Shown here piece after piece: positions 47,741 through 64,000 of a stretch of DNA of 64,000 nucleotides; position 1 is the stretch's first letter; each line of letters opens with the position of its first letter. The notes beneath the pieces were generated by a model, which had not been told where the DNA came from, ran no database searches, and was given only the letters and a program-made list of their open reading frames with translations. A program made the position numbers and the translations under genes. This DNA comes from Amoebidium appalachense (Eukaryota; Protista; Ichthyosporea), in NCBI GenBank assembly GCA_963693365.1, contig CAVNZM010000004.1:10444468-10508467 (forward strand), written 5' to 3'.

Positions 47741-48562
47741 GGCACTGAAGGAAATGAAGTGCGTCACTGTGAACACGTGTGCGCGCACATGGCACGCGTG
47801 CAGTGACGCCTGCGCAATCGTGGACTCGAGGCCGCTGTAATAGTGACGTCGTTCGGAATGTTCCAATATATTGTTTTGTCCATCTCATTGGCTGTAAGGA
47901 TAGGAAAAGCAGCCGATGACGTAAACAAAACTCACCAAATAGAGCCTCACATAATCTATTCTGATTGGGTAAAAGGTTATGAAATGTTTGAAATAACTAG
48001 TTAATCTGTTTCGAGGTTTCCTATTGGCTTAGAGTCATTGTTTTTCTTGCTTCGTAATATTAGATCTTTCCCAGTGCACCCCGCAGGTATAAAAACCGAA
48101 CGCGCGCCAGGGTATCAGTTTGATCACTCCGTTGGTCGTTTCTAAGAACGATTTGTACTTGTTACACTCTCTGCTAAACCCCTCTTTCTGACCTGTATTT
48201 TTCCATATTTGCTGTACCAACCACATTCATTCAGATATATGGTACGAGAACCAAACGCCATTTTACCCCTAGATATCACTGCCTTTTTGTCTAAAATACT
48301 CATAGCTATACTTTGGGCATCTCAGGTCACTTCGGCTTTGCAGTACCTAGTGAATACAAACGTTTGTAAAGCACACGCAACCATTATTTTTTCCCAAAGG
48401 CCTAATACATAAATTATCCAATTCAACCACGTCTGTATTAGATTTGACATTCCCCTTACCGCCATAGTTCATATATGCAAGCACTCGTGTGACAAAACTG
48501 GTAGAGTTATCACAGCAATTAGCATCATTCATCACCCAAAACACTGAATAATAGAAGCAAAC

Positions 48563-53434
<4,872 letters not shown>

Positions 53435-53993
53435 GAACGGAGTGGAAATAAGTTTAGAGATGGTTTAAGTGGATGGTCAGGTTTTTCAATCCGACAGTCT
53501 TTCTTTCTTCCTTTCTCTCTCTCTCTCTCTCTTTTTTTTTTTGGTTGGGCTGGGGGAAGGGTGGGTGGGGAGGGGAAGGGGGGGAGGGAGGGGGGGGGGG
53601 GGGGGATTTTTTTTTTTCCACACTGATGGTTGGCGTGGTGGCTTATAGATTAATATGGGCATGTGGATAGGCGATGTAGCTATATAAGGCCAAAGATGAT
53701 GAGTGAAAGGTGAATTCGAATAAGAGTCAGATGGTGTTGTATCCTTGCATTTGTATTGAAGTCTTTCTGTTCTGACTTTGTTGTTTGTGTAGCAATAGCT
53801 TTTGTTGTTTGTGTAGCTATAGCTTTACATACTGCCCATGGGGATCAGACATATTGTGTCGGTATACATCAGTTAGGCATTGTTGTGCTGTTCAACATGT
53901 TGGCCGACTGAGTGAGGTGCGAGTTAGAATACGATTGAGTAGTGTAACGTGGATCGGATTCCATAGGCTCATGATAGCTCTGAATTTCAAGGA

Positions 53994-54032
<39 letters not shown>

Positions 54033-54776
54033 GGGGGGGGGGGGGGGAGGGGGGGGAGGGGGGTTGGGAAGGAGAAGAAGAAGAATTTAGACGCATGCAT
54101 ACGATGCACTGTACGTACACGCAAAGTAGCACTGGCTTTCTCTAATTCTTCAGTTGGAGCTGGTTGAATAGTTTCTAAGGAAACGCTAGTTCGGTAAGGA
54201 AATAAATGGGCAGTAGGACGGAATCTCAGTCGTTCTTCTTCTTGTGATTCCTTTTTTTGAACAGAGAAGGAAAGAGGGGGGAGGAGCTCGATGGGGGAGA
54301 GGGGAGGGGCGGGGTGGGTGGGGTGAAACTCCTTCTCAAGGCCTTCCCCTCAGTAGCTGAGTAAATTTAGCAGTGTCGCTCCCTCTCTCACTCTCTCTCC
54401 CTTCCCGCCTCCCTCCTTCTTCGAATTCCCCTCACGTGCACCTGTCTATCTTCTCTACATGGTGAGCTTTCCATAGATAGCGTCATGCTCCCCCTATCCA
54501 CGCATCTCTCAGGTCACTCTGAGTGTATGTGGGGCCCACCTGCAGGCCCGCACGGCGCACACACGCATATGAGCACCGTACATAGTCACTGTGTTACAGT
54601 GTGTGCGTGCGCGCACGTGTGTGTGTGTGCGTGCGTGCGCACGTGTGTGTGTGTGTGTCTGTGTATGTGCGTGTAGGTGTATGTGTGTGGACACGTGTTT
54701 TTTTTGTGTGTGCGTGTGTGCACACGTGAGCGTGTTTATCTGTGCGCGTGTGTATGAATGTGTGTGCACCTTTTAA

Positions 54777-54966
54777 AGGGGGTTTCTTTTAGCTTTTCGG
54801 GCCGGGTCGGGTCAGCGGCGATTCTAGCTATATGATTGGCCTGCTGCGCATCAATTGCGCACCATCGTTTTGCCCGCCGCAAGGTTCAGATGCGCCATAA
54901 TACAACAAAAAAGAAAAAGAAAGGAGAAAAAAAAGAAATACAGAATGGAATAAAAAGAAACCCCCT
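54777..54966. mobile_element. 190-bp TTAA-flanked MITE, Kolobok-like (AG...CT ends)
   Basis: TTAA|AGGGGGTTTCTTTT...AAAAGAAACCCCCT|TTAA with a perfect 14-bp TIR. Confidence 0.75.
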
Positions 54967-55044
54967 TTAACGCAAAAGCATGTGTGCATGCGGCATGTAC
55001 ATGTGTCAGTGTGCCCCGGCTTCGCATGCATTACCCAAACTTAA

Positions 55045-55358
55045 AGGGGGTTTCTTTTAGGCCGATTAATTGCACCCATTCCAGCACATCCATGATCCGG
55101 GTCAAGCCATTTATTCAGCATATAAATCATGATATGAACTGCAGTCTTATTACGAACGCTTTATTATTATTATTTCATTCTTAATTTTTTTTCTCTCTTT
55201 TCTTTTTTTTTTCTTCTTGTATTATGGCGCATCTGTACCTTGTTTCCGGCCAAACGATGGTGCGCAAGTGATGCGCAGCACACCAATCATATAGTTAGAA
55301 TCGCCTCTGACCCGACCCGGCCCGAAAAGCTAATAGACTGTGACCCCCTCTCCGACCT
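55045..55358. mobile_element. Related TTAA-flanked MITE in the opposite orientation
   Basis: TTAA|AGGGGGTTTCTTTTAG...CCT|TTAA; 55185-55334 is a diverged reverse complement of 54788-54935. Confidence 0.65.
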
Positions 55359-55923
55359 TTAAGCCAAATTCCGGAATTTGACCAGCTTGGGCACCATATT
55401 TCAATACCCGAAAAAACCATATTGACACACATACATAAATCAAGGCTCAAAAATATTTGCTGTATATATGTAAAAAGCCTAATTGATCAAAAAGTACGGG
55501 TTTTATTATTAAAAAACGCCCAAAACGACTGTCCCAAAAGGCACCCGCGACGCACGTACGTGAAGCGTACGTGTCGGGGCGCTAAATTGCGGAACAGAAC
55601 ATGCGATTATCCGACGGTTTCGTGAGCAAACCACAAAAAAATGGGTGCAGCAATCACTACCTCGGTATAAGTGTTCATAAAGTTTACAACCAACAATGGA
55701 ACGCTCGTTTAATGAGCAAAATCGGCAAGAACTTTTTTTTTCTTTTTCTTTTGACTGGATTTATTCGACGGAAAGATATGCAAGTATGCACGGCATACTG
55801 ATCATGAGAAGACAATAAAAACTTCACGAGTTATCCAGTAACAACTGCATACTGAGATACCTGAACACTGTGAAAATCATATAATTACTCAATGTGACGA
55901 CCAACAGAATTCAACAAAAAGTC

Positions 55924-57308
55924 TCAAGTGTTCACATTGCCAGCCAGTGTAGCAGACTCACACCTATCAACATGCTTTCGATCAAAAAGTTCAGCACAAA
56001 AGTGGCACCAGCGGCGATGGAAACAAGAATTACAACGCCACTGCACAACTTCCCAGGCAATATCAACATCAGAGCACCATACAGACTTATCTACTAGGGT
56101 GGTATCCATACGTACAGCAGGAGAAATGTATCCTGCCAAAGCTCCCCACTGCGATAATGATCAGCACGGTGTTGCGGAACATAACACATGCCGACTGAGT
56201 TTTACCTTTGATTTCTCTATCAGAACGAGAAAGAAACTTAAACTGCGTATGGTAATAACTCGAAAAGGCAGGAAAAACAGGGAGAGAAAAGAAAGAGGGA
56301 GTGAGTTGGCGAGAGGACGAATCAGGTTGAAAGAGGGTAGGCTGAGGACATTCAGAAGTGGCGTTGGTGAATCGGGGGGGAAGAGGGATTGAGGGAGGGG
56401 GGGGGGAAAGACAGCATAAAGAGGGTGACCATCAGGTATCCTAACTAAATGAAAACAAAAACGAAGAGAGACAATTCCTCCATACGACAAACAGCAGACG
56501 ACAATCCAAACATACTGATTAAGGGAGGCACAAACCGAGTACGAAACAAAGTGCGCAGCGCAGTACCCTGAAAATCGTCGAACTCTTTCAGCGCCACGGC
56601 CGCCTCGCGAGGTGGGGCGCAGGCCAATAGCGGAAGTCCATATTCGAAAGTCGGCCGTAAAAAAGTTTTACAGTAGAGAAGAAGGTTCGCAGGATGGATC
56701 ATAGACTCCCGTTGAAACATATTTGACACGATGTGAAGCTTACCCTTCGCACGAGCGATCCGTGCCGCGAGGAGCTTGCGAAAATCAATACCCCGTGCAG
56801 TAAAAGGAATACCCAAATAGTCATAGGTGCTCTGAACAGGAATAGGAAGACCGGCCAATCGAAAGGAAGCGTTTTTCGAAAAAGTAGCAAACTTTGCAAT
56901 TCCAACTGTCATGAGATTCTCGGTGCACCATTGATCCACCTGACGAAGCATCTGGTGCATGACGTCTTCGGTTAAGGAACAAAGAACATTATCGTCCGGA
57001 TCCGCAAAAAGGAGACCCGGTACACGGCGGGTATGCAGTTGGCCAAAAGGTTCGAGGGCGCAGGCTAAATCGTCGATGAAAACGTCAAACAACAACGGAC
57101 TCAGGAGGGACCCCTGCAGAAGACCCCGAGAACGAGAAAAACCGGGCGTTAATGTTCCATAGACCGCCGCTCGTCCGCGAGTGGTATCGAACAGGGCTTG
57201 CAGAAGACGGCCAAAGGGGGCTGGTAAGCCCCGCATAGCCAGCTTATGCAAGAACTTTAAAACCGTTTCCGGTGATGATTGGCCATTAGCGTCCTCATTG
57301 TTTACCAA
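55924..57308 (-). mobile_element. Degenerate, 5'-truncated non-LTR retrotransposon (LINE): RT plus C-terminal Zn knuckle
   Basis: GLLQGSLLSPLLFDVFIDDL, LLFAD(P)DD with a disrupted catalytic motif, YLGIPF; downstream CHFCAELFDRKHVDRC lies in a separate broken frame. Confidence 0.88.
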
Positions 57309-57839
57309 AAAGCGTTTACCAATCGTTAGAGGAGCCAGTGCAGAGGGGTGAAGGGCTAACTAATTCAATCAAAACACATGAAAACCAAAAAAATATGGAA
57401 TATGATTGTTGTGCACCCCCTTGACCCCGCGTAGTAGACCCCCTTGACCCCATTTTTTTTCTTCTTTTGACTTCAAACTTTGAAAATACCATATACATGT
57501 AAATCAAACGCTGGCGGAAGCCGCCTTGCGCAGGTTTGAACCGGCCAAAAAAGAGAACTTGAAGGAAAGAGAGTTTTCAGAGTCTAGAATTCAAACACCA
57601 GCTGGCAGACCCCAACTTCTTTTCTACCATCCGTACTGTCACCTTCCACGTGCACCGGCGCTCCCACGCCCACCCGAGAGAGTTTCTAGAGTCAGATTTC
57701 AGACACAAGCTGTCAGACCCCCAGTTTGCAGCTTCTTTTCCCAGACCTACGCGTGACTGACCAAATACATATAGACCGCAGCTGAGTTGGCGCCCGCGCG
57801 CGCAGCGGGCGCACAGACGTGTACAAAGCAGAGGGTATA

Positions 57840-57873
<34 letters not shown>

Positions 57874-58316
57874 TTGTATGGTTATTTGCCACGCGTATGT
57901 ATTGTGTGTGATTGTGTGTTCGCGTGTCGGATGCATGGAGCGTGATCGTGTGCGTGTAGGCCCTCGCTTGTGTGTGTGTGTGTGTGTGTGCGTGTGTGTG
58001 TGTGTGTGTGTGCACCTGTGTAATGTTTGTCTGTTTGTTTGTGTGTATTTGTGTCCCAGTTTCGGCGTGCTTGCGTGCGTTCCTGTGTGCACGTATGATG
58101 CGTGCGAGTGTGTGTGTGCCGTGCGCATGAGTGCCAACGTGCGAGTCATGATGCGTGCGCATGAAAGCTTTCACATGTGCCATGCATGTCAGTACTAGTG
58201 TCCGCGTAAGTCCAACGATGGGTGAAGCGAGTGATGTGTGTGCCAGTGCGAATCAAACTACGAGTAATGTGCTAAAACACCTATGCTGCCATACTTTCGA
58301 GATCCGGCCCGCGGAT

Positions 58317-59983
<1,667 letters not shown>

Positions 59984-60964
59984 CCGCGGATACATAGGCT
60001 GTCTGGCTGTTGTTGGGTACTATTGTGAAACCCGGCACCTGCATGCGCAGCTGGCCACCTTGGGCCTGGCACTGTGGTCTTTTCTAAACCCCCATAATGC
60101 ATTCGCAGTTCAGTTCAGTTGCTCGCATCCCAAATATGGTATTACACTACTCGCAAAAAAGGTAAAGTTTTTATAGTTGGCGCGGCAGGAAACAAATCGA
60201 ACATATGGTTTCTATATTGCACCATGTATGCAGGGCGCGACACTCCGGCGGAACTTGGCTACAAAACTGTGGGAATGTGCGGAGGAATGCCGAAGAACGG
60301 GCAGATTGCTTCAGTGTCAGGGCATGAAGTGCGCGTTTAGCCAACCAAAGTGCTCATAAATCACACATTATATTCGGCGTCAAGATGTTATCCAATAATA
60401 ACTGCAAATATCTTTGAATACGTTTAGGAATGACCAATCAGGTCAACCTTCACTGGAGATTATTTAGATCTGTGGGCTGAGTCACCGTGCCGCTGTCAGT
60501 CACAGTGACTGTCACACGTGTACTACGTACGGCACTACATGTGCGCTTCCGCATTTACCAGCGTGGAATATAGAAAACGCAACACAATTACATGTAAAAT
60601 GCACATGTTCAGGGCTTATATATGAAAAAACTAGGATTTCTGTGCACAATTTAGCCGTCAACGAGGCACGCCATTTTGCCAAAGTCATTATCACGAAGCT
60701 GCGGCAAAGACAACCGCATCGAAATCATGTGCACCGACAACAATGCCAACAGTTCCTAAAAGCCCTGCTGACGGTTTACAATACACACACTAATAGCCTA
60801 CACAGTTTTTCAACACTATATCATTGACCACAACAATGCACGCAGAATGCATCCAAAACCCTACATAGCTAGCTTTGGGCTAGTGTCCGTGCAAGCAATC
60901 ACATTCTTTTTCTGCCTCTTATTAGGCTCTTTATTATCTCCACTCACACATGCATTTATTTCAG

Positions 60965-61666
60965 ATAAAGTTGAGCTCATAGATGGAACCATCAGACCCC
61001 AAAACGAAACATGGCTAGAATACGCAAAATTTCTCTGCTTGACACGTTGTTGTTGCGGTGAGGACCAACTAGCACCACGTGTTTTTGCCAGCATGAGCAC
61101 AGACCCAAACACATGGCTAGGTGTTTTTGAACCCGTAACAGGAGTGGAATCAGTGCAGGAATACCCGTTAGCAGATAGGTATATCGTTTTGTCGGAAAAA
61201 ACTGCGCTTGGGCATAGGCAAAGGGGTAAGCGGCTGGAGTTTCCGGACAGGCTTGTGTTGTGGAGTCCTTTTACAAAACCACGATCAGCGAATTTCCGGG
61301 CGCAAGTGGTTAAAGCAATGCAGGTGAGTGCAAAAAACAGAAAACACAGATATCAAGGTGCCCTTCTACTTTGCAGCAGCGCTTGCACATTTGCGCACAC
61401 GCACGCGCTCATACACGTGCACACATCTACCTGGTGCAAGCCAAGCACGCTCACAGGCGCATACACTGTAGCCGTTATTGTGCAGCCTAAGCACCCTCAG
61501 CAGAACACCATGACCCGCAAACATTGTGCTGATATTTCGCTTGCAATGCAAAATGCACATATCGTAACACACATATGCATCCGTTTATATAGCGACGAAC
61601 CTGTTGGCGGGTACATAATTGCTGTAAACTGTGCTTTGCAGCGACGGTTTTTTGATAGCCTTTCGC

Positions 61667-61714
<48 letters not shown>

Positions 61715-62078
61715 ACCCACCCACCCACCCATCCACCCACCCACACCCGTAAAAAAAAAAAAAATGGAAAAAAAAAAAGGCTACGTAGGGTGTAGTCTTT
61801 TTGACACTAACTCAAACAGTAGCTATCTTTTCCTGCCACCTACTAGATTTCACACTAGCAAGGGAGTTTGCCAGCATCCGCTCACACAGGCAGTGCGCAC
61901 GGGCAAACACACACTCACACGAGTGTAAACACACAAGCACGTGCATGCACTTGCACGCTGCCACACAAGCAGAAGCACACACAAACACACACACGCACAC
62001 ACAAACACACACACACACATGCACACATACACACACGCACATACCCACACACACACACACACACACACACCTACACAC

Positions 62079-62168
<90 letters not shown>

Positions 62169-63300
62169 CACATACACACACAGTGTACAACACACACACA
62201 CACCTATATACACATTCACACCTGCACACACATCCTATATACACATGCACATGTACACTGCTTACACGAGCACAAAGCCACCAAACACATACACACAGAG
62301 TGCAATGTGGCAGCGTGCACACACACACACACAAACACACCTACCCACACACGCACATACCGTACACGGCGACACACACTTCACTTGCACAGGCAAATCT
62401 ACACTGTTGTCTGTCACACACACACTTGCCCTGTCACACACACACTTGCCCAGACAACCGGCATACCCTGCATACATACACATCTAGCGGAACACATACA
62501 CACATGCTCCGCACGTACGCGCACACACATACACACACACACACATACATACACACACACATACATACACACACCCACCCACAAAAAACGCACACGCACA
62601 CGCACACCCACCCACCCACACACATGACACGCACACACTCTCACGCGCGCACATATAGACACCTATACACAGTGGCACTTAGATTTCATAATATGGACCG
62701 TTAACTGGTGCACCCACTGAGTGGCGTACACGTGCATTTGTGCATTTATCTCGCTGGTCCGAAGCATATATTGTCTAGCTTCACCTTTTCATCCCTTCTA
62801 ATGATTTACGAGCCAGCATGTTGACTCCTCCCCCCCAACCCTCTTCCCTCCCCTGCCCCCCCCTCCCCCCTCCCCTTTCCTCCCCCTTCCCCCCCATCCA
62901 TCCTCCAGGAAATGGTATGCCTAAGTGCTCTCAGCAGCCCCACCCGCCCACTGACCCTCGAGCTCTGGAATGTTCCGTGGGAAACCTTCGATTCGATTCT
63001 TTCGAGCAAAATACCTGCCTTTGGCTCAATCCCCCAATCAGATCGCCCGGACGTGATCATAGTACGCCACACAGACATACAGACACTGGACGCGCAGCAT
63101 ATGCTTGGAGACGTAAACAGGCACATACAGAGATATATATCGTCGTGTTGGGATAATGGGGAGAATCCGGATGTTGCGGTTCAGAATCTAGTGAGCAGGG
63201 AGGTGTTGAGTTACCTTGCTGACAGTATGAGACTGGATATGGATACGTGGGGGGCTGTGCCTTTTGCGGCTGGATCACAGCTGACAGTCTACAATAGCAG
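60965..63300 (+). CDS. Partial spliced gene with a bacterial-type extracellular solute-binding protein (family 1, MalE-like) domain
   Basis: Exons 60965-61323 and 62909-63300 join in phase. [19 protein letters not shown]...[26 protein letters not shown]...[16 protein letters not shown] resembles the SBP 'PDv...L.dl...avP...l.YN' pattern. The gene continues beyond the window. Confidence 0.6.
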
Positions 63301-63302
63301 GT

Positions 63303-63334
<32 letters not shown>

Positions 63335-63523
63335 GGGAGGGGGGCGGGAGGAGGAGGAAGCGGGGGGAAGGAGGGGGAGGGGGGAGTGTGTGTGTTCGTA
63401 CGTGTGGGGAGGGAGGTGGGGGGTAGGGGGCATGTGTGTATTTGTGTGTGCGTGTGTGTTGGGGGGGGGGGGGGGGGGGTATTTGTGTTCGCGTGTGTGC
63501 TGTAGGGGGGGGGGGGTAGGCAT

Positions 63524-63555
<32 letters not shown>

Positions 63556-64000
63556 CACGATTGTGTGTTGTTTGTGTGTTTGTGTGTGTGTGTTGTGTGT
63601 GCATGTTCATGACGTACTACGCGTGCCTGCACGCATGTGAGCGTGTGGCCGCATGCCTGTGCGCACGTGTTCTACCGGCATGCACGTGTACATGTGTGTG
63701 TGTGTGCCTGTATGCACGCCTGCATGCATGCCCGTGCGCGTGTGTTTGTGTTTGTGAACGTGTGTTTGTGTGTGCGCTCTGTGCATATGGCAATCCTCCC
63801 CCCCCCCCCCCCCCCCTCCCCCTCCCACCCTTTTTTTTTTTTTTTAACTGTGCGCCTGCGTGAAAAAAAGAAAAAAGAAAAAAGAAAAAGAAAAGAAAAA
63901 AAAGCCCAAACGAGAAAAGGCAAAATCACATACCCCTTTGCACCTCTGTATTCTGTGCACCAAATGAATTGTCTATGCCCACTCTCGTCAATCAGCGCCC

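Overview
This is a eukaryotic window with no prokaryotic operons. It is intron-rich and full of microsatellites and homopolymers; a C2-type Rab11-FIP with Sec5-like IPT domains suggests a holozoan, possibly unicellular (inference). Most supplied ORFs are artefacts of (CA)n/(CT)n/poly-C tracts. Manual splicing recovers: (1) a class-C-GPCR-like membrane gene on the minus strand, split by a young Ty1/copia insertion (near-identical ~305-bp LTRs, GAAGG TSD) that has lost its whole RT; (2) a small plus-strand gene of unknown function; (3) a 17-exon minus-strand gene encoding C2 + two IPT/TIG domains + a C-terminal Rab11-binding (FIP-RBD) motif, the most unusual protein here; (4) two diverged tandem paralogues encoding EF-hand + single-TM proteins with matching exon sizes; (5) a degenerate LINE; (6) part of a spliced gene with a bacterial-type solute-binding-protein domain. 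Several non-autonomous DNA transposons have identifiable TSDs (hAT-like, TA-type, and a palindromic pair of TTAA/Kolobok-like elements). Poly-C tracts sit strikingly often just downstream of splice donors. All gene models and domain calls were made by eye and need RNA-seq and HMM confirmation.
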